Source: Opitutales bacterium (GTDB lineage Bacteria > Verrucomicrobiota > Verrucomicrobiia > Opitutales > JAFGAQ01). From it: a stretch of 64,000 nucleotides of DNA. The first letter of the stretch is position 1. Each line of letters begins with the position of its first letter. Made by a program: the position numbers and the translations under genes. Shown one piece after another: positions 46,600 through 57,100 of the stretch. The notes under the pieces were generated by a model. The model made no database searches. It was not told the DNA's origin and saw only the letters and a list, made by a program, of their open reading frames with translations. The DNA lies in assembly GCA_016933595.1 (NCBI GenBank), contig JAFGAQ010000042.1, positions 9,715-73,714 of the forward strand, read 5' to 3'.

Positions 46600-46709
46600 G
46601 AACCTTGATCAAATTGAATAAACTGGGAGTCAGGGAAAAATGCCTGGGATTTTTTTTTATAGGCAACGGTAGCATTTTATCGCACCATAGGGAAGCAAGA
46701 TCGCAATTC

Positions 46710-48188
46710 ATGGCAAGCGAAACCGATCCATCCTTTTCTTTTGATCCATACGACCCGGCGGAAAAGCTGTTGAGTATCGGTATTGATCGGATTGAGCCGG
46801 AAACGAAGGGGGCTCTCATGGGGGCATGGCAGGCGGGCGAAGAAGTCGGGCTGGCTTGTTCCGGCGGATTGGACTCCATGTTTTTGCTGAGCTTGATGGC
46901 CGCGTGGTCTCGAAAAAACGGTGGAAGGGTTTGTGTCTTGCATTTCAACCACCGAACACGGGGAGATCGTTCAGATGGAGACGAGGTTCTTGTCTCGCGC
47001 GCGGCAGGAGCATTCGGCTTGCCGTTCGTGTCGGACCATATCCGGACCGATGGAGCTGACGATCCGGGGCAGTTCAGTGAGGATCGCCTACGCCGTCTCC
47101 GTTTGGAAGCGTTACACGGAATGCTGAAACACCGCGGTATCCGGTTGCTGCTGACGGCCCATCACCAGGACGACCGGATCGAATCGTTTCTCATGCGCCT
47201 ATCCATGGGAGCTCCTCCGGAATCTCTCTCGGTTCCGAAGCCTCTGCATGTCATGTCCAACGGAATTGTGCATGGGCGACCGCTGCTCTTGATCCGTAAG
47301 AATGAAATCAACCAATGGATGACCGACGTTGGCATCCCTTGGCGGGAGGATTGCAGCAACGCTTCCGACGCATATTTCCGGAATCGCATTCGCAATCATC
47401 TGCTTCCGGCATGGAGGGATGCATGCCCCTACGAGCTTGATTCCAATCTTGTTCGGTCGCTGGATGAAATGGATGAAGACAGCCGTTACATGGAGCAACT
47501 GGCGGATCAGTTATGGAATGGGTTGAATGCGGTGGATGGCTCGCTCGATGCCACGGCCTTGGATGGGGTGGCCCGACCGGTTGTGAGGCGTATCATCGCA
47601 CGGTGGCTTCCGGAATTGCCGCATCGCCGGAGGACTGTGCTTTTGGATGCGATCCGGGATGGTAAAGACCTTCATATGCCGCTCGCGGCTGGAAGAGTGC
47701 TGGAGTTCCGGAAGGGCCTGATCGTTGTTCGGATAGCCTCCACGTCCGATTCCCGACCGCCCTATCCCAACACTGGCTGGGGGTATTCGCTTCTGCCGGA
47801 TCATGGGATCATTTGTTTTCCGGATGGTCATTGCCTTGTATGTGGCGAGTCGGAAGCACGGGAGGATGCGTTGTTCCGGATTCGTTCGGGGGCATATTCC
47901 TGTTCGGATACCGTTTTCCTCGACAAAGACGCATTGAAGAGCAGGGGAGGGTTGTATGTTTCATCGTGGAAGATGGGGGATGGATACCATTCTCTCGGTG
48001 CGCCCGGGTGGAAAAAGCTTCAGGACCAGTTTGTGAACCGGAAAATCCCGGCGACGGCCAGACGCGTCTTGCCGGTGGTGCGAATTCCCTTTACGGATGC
48101 CATTGTGTGGGTTCCGGGGCTTCCTCCATGCGAACAGGGGCGGGTGACTGAATCAACGAAAACCCTTCTTAGGTTGACTTACACTTGA
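46710..48188 (+). CDS. tilS: tRNA(Ile)-lysidine synthase
   Basis: PP-loop 'GLACSGGLDSMFLL' and 'LLTAHHQDDRIESFLMRL'. Located directly upstream of ftsH, a conserved pairing. I chose the ATG at 46710. Confidence 0.88.
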   Translation: MASETDPSFSFDPYDPAEKLLSIGIDRIEPETKGALMGAWQAGEEVGLACSGGLDSMFLLSLMAAWSRKNGGRVCVLHFNHRTRGDRSDGDEVLVSRAAGAFGLPFVSDHIRTDGADDPGQFSEDRLRRLRLEALHGMLKHRGIRLLLTAHHQDDRIESFLMRLSMGAPPESLSVPKPLHVMSNGIVHGRPLLLIRKNEINQWMTDVGIPWREDCSNASDAYFRNRIRNHLLPAWRDACPYELDSNLVRSLDEMDEDSRYMEQLADQLWNGLNAVDGSLDATALDGVARPVVRRIIARWLPELPHRRRTVLLDAIRDGKDLHMPLAAGRVLEFRKGLIVVRIASTSDSRPPYPNTGWGYSLLPDHGIICFPDGHCLVCGESEAREDALFRIRSGAYSCSDTVFLDKDALKSRGGLYVSSWKMGDGYHSLGAPGWKKLQDQFVNRKIPATARRVLPVVRIPFTDAIVWVPGLPPCEQGRVTESTKTLLRLTYT

Positions 48189-48224
48189 TATTCCGGTTCT
48201 TTTGCCCCTTTTGACTGATACTGA

Positions 48225-50264
48225 ATGAACAAACGCTTGCGCAACAACATGGATTCCAACAACAGAAATCGTAGCCCCAATGACCGGTTCATGGAACCGA
48301 AGGTGCTCATTGTCTGGATGGTGCTTGTTACCGCGATTCTGGCATTTGCAACCTTGGGCAATTCCCAGCGGAACAAGGTGGCTGAGCTGAGTGTGAAAGA
48401 GGTCGTCACGGCCGTCCGCAAAGGCGAAATCGCCGGTGGATCAATGGTGAGTGACTATCGCGGAGGAGAAGGCTGGTACAAGATTCAGGGCGAATTCCGT
48501 CAGACTCCTATTGTTGAAGGGGAAGACCCTTCGAAAGGCGGGGTGATGCGCTTTGTCGCGGAAGGGCGGCTCACGCAGGAGGATTTTGTCATCATCCGGG
48601 ATGCGTTCAAGGAGAAGAGGGCAAGCAATTGGGCCTCCGAGCTGCTGGGAAGCCTGCTCCCAATTCTGTTTATTGTGGGGCTGCTTTATTTCATCTTCAC
48701 CCGGCAGTTGAGAAGCGCCGGCAGGGGTGCGATGAATTTCGGCAAGAGCAAAGCCAAGATGCTGACCCGTGATCGCGAGAAGATTACATTCAAGGATGTC
48801 GCCGGGTGCGATGAGGCCAAGGAGGAGGTCCGGGAAATCGTGGAATTCCTCAGGGAGCCAAAGAAGTTTCAACGCATTGGTGGCCGTATCCCAAAAGGGG
48901 TTTTGATGGTGGGTCCTCCGGGAACCGGTAAGACCCTTTTGGCCAAGGCCGTAGCCGGTGAGGCGGATGTGCCGTTCTTCACGATATCGGGTTCCGATTT
49001 TGTGGAAATGTTTGTTGGGGTGGGCGCCGCCCGGGTTCGGGATATGTTCGAACAGGGCCGCAAGAATGCGCCTTGCCTGATTTTTATCGATGAGATTGAC
49101 GCAGTTGGTCGCCAGCGCGGAGCCGGCTTGGGCGGGGGGAACGATGAACGCGAGCAGACCCTGAACTCGCTGTTGGTCGAGATGGACGGTTTTGATGGAC
49201 ACGAAGGTGTGATTATCATTGCTGCAACCAATCGTCCGGATGTATTGGACAGCGCATTGCTGCGGCCAGGCCGTTTTGACCGTGAGGTTGTGATCGATTT
49301 GCCCGACTTGAATGGACGTTACGAGATCCTGAAGGTTCATGCAAAGAAGATCAAACTGAGCAGCAAAGTGGATCTGTCGATCACTGCCCGGAACACGCCC
49401 GGTTTCTCCGGGGCGGATTTGGCGAATCTGCTCAACGAGGCGGCACTCATTGCGGCCCGCTACGGAAAGAACGAGGTTGAAACATCCGATATGGATGAAG
49501 CACGCGAGAAGATTGCCTATGGGCGCGAGCGTCGGCGCTTGATGGATGACGAGGATAAAAAGATCGTCGCCTACCACGAAGCCGGCCATGCGATTGTTCA
49601 GGCCGTCATCGATGATGGCACGCTTCCGGTTCACAAGGTGACGATTATTCCGAGAGGCCAGAGTTTGGGGAGCACCATGATGTCCCCGAGCAAGGACATT
49701 CTCAACCAGTCCAAGCGCCGTTTGATCAATCAGATCTGTTGTTCGATGGGTGGACGTGTGGCGGAGGAAATTGTTATCGGCGATATTACAACCGGTGCTT
49801 CCGGTGATATCAAAATGGCGACTAAGATCGCCCGCAAAATGGTGTGTGATTGGGGGATGAGTCCGATGGGGCCGGTGGCTTTCGGCGAAAACCAGGATCA
49901 TATCTTCCTTGGAAAGGAAATTGCGCGGGATCAGAATTACAGTGAAAAGACGGCTCAGCTCATCGATGTCGAGATCCGGCAATTGATTGAGGGCCAGTAC
50001 CAACGTGCACGGGATATCCTGCTGGATAAACGGTCGGCAATGGACCTGCTGGCAGAGTCTTTGCTCAAGCATGAGACCCTTGATGGGGTTCATGTGAAAG
50101 AGATTCTGGAGCATGGGGAAATCCGTTCACCGATCCATGTCAGACCTCCACCCCCAAATCCATCGGATGACGAGGAAGATGGGAAACCAAAGAAGGCTGC
50201 GGGCAAAGAGGATAAAGGTGAAGTTGGACCCGAAGCGGCGGCTCCAGCCGGGGCTCCCGCCTGA
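48225..50264 (+). CDS. ftsH: ATP-dependent zinc metalloprotease FtsH
   Basis: Walker A '[18 protein letters not shown]', Walker B 'IIFIDEIDA', SRH '[20 protein letters not shown]' and zinc site '[11 protein letters not shown]'. Confidence 0.97.
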   Translation: MNKRLRNNMDSNNRNRSPNDRFMEPKVLIVWMVLVTAILAFATLGNSQRNKVAELSVKEVVTAVRKGEIAGGSMVSDYRGGEGWYKIQGEFRQTPIVEGEDPSKGGVMRFVAEGRLTQEDFVIIRDAFKEKRASNWASELLGSLLPILFIVGLLYFIFTRQLRSAGRGAMNFGKSKAKMLTRDREKITFKDVAGCDEAKEEVREIVEFLREPKKFQRIGGRIPKGVLMVGPPGTGKTLLAKAVAGEADVPFFTISGSDFVEMFVGVGAARVRDMFEQGRKNAPCLIFIDEIDAVGRQRGAGLGGGNDEREQTLNSLLVEMDGFDGHEGVIIIAATNRPDVLDSALLRPGRFDREVVIDLPDLNGRYEILKVHAKKIKLSSKVDLSITARNTPGFSGADLANLLNEAALIAARYGKNEVETSDMDEAREKIAYGRERRRLMDDEDKKIVAYHEAGHAIVQAVIDDGTLPVHKVTIIPRGQSLGSTMMSPSKDILNQSKRRLINQICCSMGGRVAEEIVIGDITTGASGDIKMATKIARKMVCDWGMSPMGPVAFGENQDHIFLGKEIARDQNYSEKTAQLIDVEIRQLIEGQYQRARDILLDKRSAMDLLAESLLKHETLDGVHVKEILEHGEIRSPIHVRPPPPNPSDDEEDGKPKKAAGKEDKGEVGPEAAAPAGAPA

Positions 50265-50316
50265 TTAGAGGGCATCTCCTGTTTCTCCGACTCGCTTGTA
50301 ACCATACTGTATCCAT

Positions 50317-51693
50317 ATGCCTACTGTTGCTCTGGTATCGTTGGGTTGTGCCAAGAATCTGATCGATTCCGAGATCATGATCGGGCATTTGCACAAGGCA
50401 GGGGTGACCCTGACTCCTCACCCTGAATTGGCGGATGCCGTGATCATTAACACCTGTTCCTTTATCGACACGGCAAAGAAGGAAAGCATCGATGCGGTGT
50501 TTGAAGTGATCGAGCAGCGGATGGAGGATCCCACGCGAAAGCGGCAGAAATTGATCGTTGCGGGCTGTTTGCCCCAGCGTTTTTCCAAGGAGCTCCCGAA
50601 ACTGTTGCCTGAAGTAGACGCCTTTGTCGGACTGGACGAGATTGTCCGGATTCCGGAAATCCTGTCGGATGTATTGGAATTGAAGGATGGCAATGCCGCC
50701 GAACGCGACTACGTGAGTCGGGTATCCAAGTATGTGCCGGACTACGATACCCCGCGGTACCGCCTGACTCCCAGGCACATGGCTTACATCAAGATTGCGG
50801 AAGGGTGCAATCATCCATGTTCTTTCTGTATCATCCCTCAGATCCGTGGGGGTCACCGTAGCCGGACGCTCGCATCGGTCGTAAGGGAAGCGCAAATCCT
50901 GATTCAGGAAGGGGTCCGTGAGATCAATCTCATATCTCAGGATACCACTTATTTCGGGATGGACCGATGGGAAACTGGAAGAGCAAAACCAAACAGCCCC
51001 GTGGACTCGTCCAGAGGAGAGTCGATTGCCGATCTTCTGCGTGCCCTCAATGGGTTGGAGGGCGACTTTTGGGTGCGCTTGCTCTACACTCATCCCGCAC
51101 ATTGGAGCGATGAATTGATTCAGACTATTGCCGCGTGCGATAAGGTGGTGAAATACGTGGATATCCCGCTGCAGCATATCTCGGATCCCATGCTGTCGAG
51201 GATGCGACGCGAGACGGACCGTGCCCACATCGAAGGCCTGTTGTCCCGCATGCGAAAGGGTATTCCCGGGCTTGCCATTCGAACGGCCTTCATCGTCGGA
51301 TTCCCCGGAGAGACCGATGATGATTTTAATCAGCTGCTGTCGTTTGTGGAGTCCAGTCGATTTGAGCGGATGGGAGTGTTTCAGTATTCCCGTGAGGAAG
51401 GGACCAATGCCTACCGTCTGGACTCTCAGGTTCATCCGATGCGCCGTAAAAGCCGGTGGAACCGGACCATGGCGTTGCAGCGCAAGATCAATGAGGAAAT
51501 CAGCACAGCCCAGATTGGTAAGACGATACGGGTCATCGTGGATTCCCCCGGAAAAGCCCGTTCATGGATGGATGCGCCTGAGGTGGACGGAATCGTTCAT
51601 GTCGATCCCGCTATGACCGTTGGATCATTTGTGGATGTGGTCATCCGGGATGCGCGTGGCTACGATTTGATCGCGGATGGGGCAATTGTTTGA
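50317..51693 (+). CDS. rimO: ribosomal protein S12 methylthiotransferase RimO (radical SAM MTTase)
   Basis: N-terminal 'VALVSLGCAKNLIDSE', radical-SAM 'KIAEGCNHPCSFCIIP' and a C-terminal TRAM-like region. Confidence 0.93.
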   Translation: MPTVALVSLGCAKNLIDSEIMIGHLHKAGVTLTPHPELADAVIINTCSFIDTAKKESIDAVFEVIEQRMEDPTRKRQKLIVAGCLPQRFSKELPKLLPEVDAFVGLDEIVRIPEILSDVLELKDGNAAERDYVSRVSKYVPDYDTPRYRLTPRHMAYIKIAEGCNHPCSFCIIPQIRGGHRSRTLASVVREAQILIQEGVREINLISQDTTYFGMDRWETGRAKPNSPVDSSRGESIADLLRALNGLEGDFWVRLLYTHPAHWSDELIQTIAACDKVVKYVDIPLQHISDPMLSRMRRETDRAHIEGLLSRMRKGIPGLAIRTAFIVGFPGETDDDFNQLLSFVESSRFERMGVFQYSREEGTNAYRLDSQVHPMRRKSRWNRTMALQRKINEEISTAQIGKTIRVIVDSPGKARSWMDAPEVDGIVHVDPAMTVGSFVDVVIRDARGYDLIADGAIV

Positions 51694-51848
51694 ACTTCTT
51701 GTGACAATGTGCATACAATTAGCGGTTGACGAAGACTTATTCGTTGCCTTTTGCTCGAAGGGTGCCTAATTAGGTGACCCGCTGTAAATGGCTCCCCATT
51801 TCTGTGGTGCCCGAAAAGTTTGAGCCCATAAGACATCCTGACCACCCT

Positions 51849-53360
51849 ATGGAAAACAATAGACCCGTAATTTTCAATAATACTGTATTGCGCGACGGAC
51901 ATCAGTCTCTCGCAGCGACCCGATTGTCGACGCAGCAAATGCTGCCAGTTTGCGGACTGCTCGATGAATGGGGCTTTGGAGCTCTTGAGACATGGGGCGG
52001 TGCCACAATTGACGCAGGACTGCGTTTCCTGAAGGAATGGCCGTTCGACCGTTTGGACGCCATGGAAAAGGCATGCCCGAAATCAAAGCAGATGATGCTG
52101 TTGCGGGGGCAGAACATAGTGGCCTATGCCCACCTCCCGGATGATGTCGTGGAAGCATTTGTGCGTTGCTCGGCAAAGCATGGTATGGACATCTTCCGTA
52201 TCTTCGATGCGCTCAATGACCCGCGGAATATGCGGTGTGCGATTGAGTCCGCCAAAAAGGTGGGCGCCGAAGCCCATGGGGTGATTTGTTACACCACGAG
52301 TCCGGTTCATTCGATAGAGAAATTTGTCAAATTGGGATGCGAGCTCGAGGAAATCGGGGCTGATGCGATCGTCATCAAGGACATGGCTGGCCTGATTCCT
52401 CCCCAGAAGGCTTATAATCTGGTGAAGGGGCTCAAACAGAACGTGAAGGTTCCGGTTTGGATCCATACCCATGAGACTGCGGGGCTTGGCGGAGCAACCT
52501 ATTATGCAGCTGTTGAAGCCGGAGTGGATGCGATCGATTGCTCGGTGGTGCCGTTTGCGAATGGAACCGCTCAGCCAGACACCATTCGGATGCTTTCCTT
52601 GTTGGAAGATCATCCGCGTTGCCCGAAAGTGACAGCCCGTCAGCGGGAGATTCTTGCTGAGGTTCGCAAACATCTTGAAAAGGTCTATGGTGAGTTGTCC
52701 AAGTTTACCTCCCACATCAATGAAGTGGTGGACAGCGATGCGTTGAACTACCAGGTCCCGGGTGGAATGCTTTCCAACTTCCGAAATCAGCTCAAGGAAT
52801 ACAAGATGGAAGACAAGTTTAACGAAGTCTTCGCGGAGGTTCCAGTGGTCCGCAAGGCGCTCGGATGGATTCCTTTGGTAACACCTACCTCCCAGATTGT
52901 CGGCAACCAGGCGTTTTTCAATGTCAAGATGGGTCGCTGGAAGCAGTTGAGCAAGGAAACCTTGGATGTGGCCTTGGGTTACTACGGCACAACTCCGTCT
53001 CCCGTGGATCCGGATTTGCAGGCGCTTGCCGCAAAGCAGGCCAACCTTGAACCCATCACTTGCCGTCCGGTCGACTCACCTGCCGTGAAGCGGAAGGGTA
53101 TGGAGGATCTGCGCAAGGAGCTCGCAGCGAAAGGGTATCCGACGGATGATGAACATTGCGTGATTTGGGCGATGTTCCCGCAACAGGTGGATGAGTATTT
53201 CAAAGCAAAGAATGCGCCACCTCCTCCGCCTCCTCCTGCAGCTACGCTGTCGGCTGCTCCGGAACCTGCTCAGTCTTCGGGATTTGCCTTTGCCGGAAAG
53301 GCGCATATGCGTTTGTCGGTGAACGGCCATCAGCACGAAGTGATGGTCGAGGAGGCTTGA
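51849..53360 (+). CDS. carboxyltransferase of the oxaloacetate decarboxylase alpha / transcarboxylase 5S type, lacking a biotinyl domain
   Basis: 'VIFNNTVLRDGHQSLAATRLS', 'FRIFDALND', 'IVIKDMAGL' and 'VWIHTHETAGLG' (HMGL-like/PYC_OADA). The C-terminus has a 'PPPPPPP' linker and ends 'MRLSVNGHQHEVMVEEA', with no AMKM biotinylation motif. I chose the ATG at 51849. Confidence 0.85.
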   Translation: MENNRPVIFNNTVLRDGHQSLAATRLSTQQMLPVCGLLDEWGFGALETWGGATIDAGLRFLKEWPFDRLDAMEKACPKSKQMMLLRGQNIVAYAHLPDDVVEAFVRCSAKHGMDIFRIFDALNDPRNMRCAIESAKKVGAEAHGVICYTTSPVHSIEKFVKLGCELEEIGADAIVIKDMAGLIPPQKAYNLVKGLKQNVKVPVWIHTHETAGLGGATYYAAVEAGVDAIDCSVVPFANGTAQPDTIRMLSLLEDHPRCPKVTARQREILAEVRKHLEKVYGELSKFTSHINEVVDSDALNYQVPGGMLSNFRNQLKEYKMEDKFNEVFAEVPVVRKALGWIPLVTPTSQIVGNQAFFNVKMGRWKQLSKETLDVALGYYGTTPSPVDPDLQALAAKQANLEPITCRPVDSPAVKRKGMEDLRKELAAKGYPTDDEHCVIWAMFPQQVDEYFKAKNAPPPPPPPAATLSAAPEPAQSSGFAFAGKAHMRLSVNGHQHEVMVEEA

Positions 53361-53448
53361 TAGTTTTTGGCTAATCGGATCGGGTGTGGAACATCGTCCT
53401 CACCCGATTTGATTTTAGTCGGGAGATGAAGCGCAAGATCAACTAGGT

Positions 53449-54006
53449 ATGTCGATTGTCACCAAGAAGGGAGATGGCGGCCAAACTGCGTTGCGAATGG
53501 GGCGAAAAACCTCGAAAGCATCATGGAGAGTGGAGGCCTATGGTACGGTTGATGAGTTGTCCGCCGCATTGGGTGTGGCCCGTTCGTTTCTTAGTCAGGA
53601 CGCCCGTTTTGGGGATTATGCTTCCCGGATTCTGACCGTTCAGAATCAGCTTCTGTCAGTTGGCGCGGATTTGGCGACGCGCCCGGAGGACGCACAGGCT
53701 CCCGGCGGTGGCATCAAGCATTTTTATGAGGATTCATTTTTGACCTGGCTGGAGGATCAGGTGCCCGCTTTGGAGTCGGGCCTTAGAATGGATCGCTTTG
53801 TGCTTCCGGGTGAGAATCCGGCGTCGGCTCATCTCCATTATGCGCGAACAGTATGCAGGCGTGCCGAACGCAGCGTCATTCGCCTGCGCGAAGAGGGAGG
53901 GGAACCGATTGTTCCCGACATGCTGCCCTACCTCAACCGTCTTTCGGACTATCTGTGGTTGATGGCGGAGAAGTGTGCTTTGGCCACGTCTGACACCGGT
54001 TCCTGA
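53449..54006 (+). CDS. PduO-type ATP:cob(I)alamin adenosyltransferase
   Basis: 'TKKGDGGQTAL...RVEAYGTVDELSAALGVAR', 'VLPGENPASAHLHYARTVCRRAER' and 'YLNRLSDYLW' match the MMAB/PduO family. Confidence 0.9.
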   Translation: MSIVTKKGDGGQTALRMGRKTSKASWRVEAYGTVDELSAALGVARSFLSQDARFGDYASRILTVQNQLLSVGADLATRPEDAQAPGGGIKHFYEDSFLTWLEDQVPALESGLRMDRFVLPGENPASAHLHYARTVCRRAERSVIRLREEGGEPIVPDMLPYLNRLSDYLWLMAEKCALATSDTGS

Positions 54007-54173
54007 CGAACACTGCTCTTCGGGCGAAGAAGAGTTGAGTTGTGGGGAGGCTCTGCTCCGTTTGTTGGTGGCGTCTCCATTTAACATGTTTTTAGTTAAG
54101 GGGGATCCGATTCATCCGATATTGATCCCATCCGGGTGAGTGGAGGCATATCCTGCTATCCGGATGGATATTC

Positions 54174-57100
54174 ATGGAGAGCAATTGGACAGAATGTGGC
54201 GCATTCCACCGGATGCAGCCGGTTCCTCGTGTCGTGGGAAGGATGGTCTTTTTGGTCTTTGGCCTCTTGATGCTGTCTTGGGTATCTGTCCCCGCTTCTG
54301 CAGGGGTTGCTGCTGCTCCGGCTCCGGTCAACGTGAAGGTGGGTGTGTTGGCACACCGCGGGCCGGATATGTGTGTCGAACAGTGGGAACCCCACATGCG
54401 GTATCTCACGGAGAATGTTCCAGGGTACGTTTTCGAAATGGTTCCGCTTGATTTTGAGGCTGTTGAGGGAGTGGTCAGGCGAAACGAGGTGGACTTTTTG
54501 CTCACCAATCCGGCCCAGCATGCGTACCTTGACGCGGACTACGGATTGTGTGCGGTAGCGACGCTCAAAGAATCGGCAGACGGTTCGTCCACACCATTGT
54601 TTGCCGGAGTGTTTATTGCGCGTGAAGGCGCATTCGTGGATCGCGATGTTTCGGTTTTCAAGGATGCCAGAATCGCTTTCGTAAGCCCATTGTCCTTTGG
54701 AGGGTATTTCGCCGGATTGTGTGAGCTCAAGCGACTGGGTATGGATGTCAGGGAAGAGGCTTCGGAAGTCCTATTCGCGGGGACCCATGATGAGGTGGTG
54801 AACCATGTGTTGACGGGAAAGGCGGATATAGGGCTGATCCGTTCGAACACACTTGACCGGATGGCCGGCGAGGGTCGTCTGGATCTCGATTCCATCATGT
54901 ATTGGGGGCTGAAGCCGACGGATGGCGAATACGCATTGCCCCATTCGACCGATGTATACCCGAATTGGCCGTTTTCCGCTTTGGCTCATGTACCGGCGGA
55001 TTTACGGTGGGGGATCTCCCAGGCGTTGATTGGTATGTCCGATGTCGATCCGGCCTCAAAAGCGGCCGGCTCCGGTGGTTGGTCCTATCCATTGAGCTAT
55101 GCGAGTGTCCGGGAGTGCCTGCGGTATTTGGGCGCCGATCCTTTCAGGAAGGAACCTCCGTCGGTATGGCAGGCGGCTTTGTCGAAATATTGGCCTTGGA
55201 TGCTGCTTTGGGTGGGGATTGCAGCTGCGTTGGCGACGCTCTACATCCGGGCGGCACGGCTGCAACACCACTACCGGAGTATGGCGAGCGCTCTACAACG
55301 CAACCAGGACCGTATTGATGGGATGTCGGCGCACAGTCGTACCTTCTGGTGGGAGGTTGATCTCAAAGGAGTTTACACTGCTTTGAGTCCGGTGGTAGAG
55401 GCGGTTTTAGGATTTCGTCCCGATGAACTGGTGGGAAGACGAACCTTTTATGACATCCACCCGGAAGAGGGAAGGGAGGCCTTCCGCGAGCATTCATTTG
55501 CTGCTCTCGAAAGCGGAGCCGTCTTCTCGGGGGTTTTGAATCCAGCGGTTTCCAAAAAAGGACGGATCGTTTGGCTTTCCACAAGCGCATCGACCGTGTT
55601 GGGCCCGGATGGAAGTCCGCTCGGATACAGGGGTATGGACACGGATATATCCGAACAGGTTCTCGCAAAAATGGCAGTGGAAGAAAGTGAGACGAACTTC
55701 CGAACCTTTTTCGATACCCTCGATGACATCATAGTGGTGGCTTCTCAGGATGGGCATATTCTCTATGCCAACCGGTCCTTGCACACAAAGCTTCAGTATT
55801 CCGAACAGGATCTTCACGGGATGCACATCCTGGATCTTCATGCGAAAGAAGACCACGAAGAGGCCCGATCGATTCTTGCAGATATGTTCAAAGGATTGCG
55901 TGGGGCTTGTCCGCTTTCGCTGCAACGCAAAGATGGTTCATTAATGCCGGCGGAGACACGGGTTTGGTTTGGAAAATGGAATGGTGTTCCCTGCATTTTT
56001 GGTTTGAGTAAGGATCTGACCTTTGAACAGGAAGCGCAACAACGCTTTGAAAAGTCGTTTCGGAATAACCCCGCGCTTATGGCATTGTCTTCGTTCGAAG
56101 ACCGGAGGTTCACCGATGTGAACGATGCATTCCTCAAGACGCTTGGCTATGAGCGGGAAGAGGTGATTGGAAAAACAAGCCGCGAGCTTGGATTTTTCAC
56201 AGAGGGCGATCAACTGGAGCGTATCGTCCGGAAACTCAGGAATGAGATGCGGGTCATCAACCAGGAGATGCAGGTGCGGAGCAAAAGCGGGCAGTATCTC
56301 GATGGCTTGTTCTCCGGAGAAACCATCACGATCCAAGGCAGAAAGACTTTTCTAACGGTGATGATCGACATCACCGAACAAAAGCGGGTGGAGCGGGAGC
56401 TTCAGGCCAAGACGGATGAATTGGATCGGTATTTTACCTCCAGTCTGGATCTTCTCTGCATCGCTAATACGAGAGGGGAGTTTGTCCGTCTTAATCCGGA
56501 GTGGGAAAAAGTCTTAGGATATCCGGTCGATGAGTTGCAGGGCCGTCCGTTCCTCGATTTTGTTCATCCGGACGACCTTCCTTCGACTCTGCATGCGATT
56601 TCCGACCTGAGCCGTCAAAAGGAAGTGACAAGCTTCGAGAATCGATACCGCGGAAAGGACGGGTCTTACCGTTGGATTGAATGGCGATCCCGTCCCGAAG
56701 GTGAGATAATCTATGCGGTGGCTCGGGATGTGACGGAGCGAAAACGCATTGAGGACCAGCTGAGGCATGAACGCACCCGACTCGAGAACATCATTCAAGG
56801 GACCCATTGCGGCACGTGGGAATGGAACGTCCAGACAGGCGAGACGGTTTTTGATGAGATGTGGGCCGAAATCTGCGGCTATAGGCTGGACGAGCTCGGA
56901 ACTGTATCCGTCCAGACATGGAAATGCCTGCTTCATCCAGATGATGTCAGGGTCTCGGAAGATGCCTTGAATCGGCATTTCTCCGGTGAATCGCCTTACT
57001 ATCAATGTGAAGTGCGAATGTGGCACAAGTCAGGTGGCTGGGTTTGGGTTCAGGATCGGGGGGTGGTCAAGACCCGCGACGATAGGGGAAGACCCCTTTT

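Noticed and set aside
48441-50114. A 557-aa stop-free ORF on the minus strand, exactly antisense to ftsH
   Set aside because: It shadows one of the best-supported genes in the window. Its translation is R/H/P/L-rich with no motif, no plausible start context and no independent signal. Long antisense frames are a known by-product of codon bias in conserved, moderately GC-rich genes.
50140-51435. A 431-aa antisense ORF opposite rimO
   Set aside because: Same reasoning as for ftsH. The sequence is low-complexity, has no recognisable domain and lies fully inside a confidently called gene.
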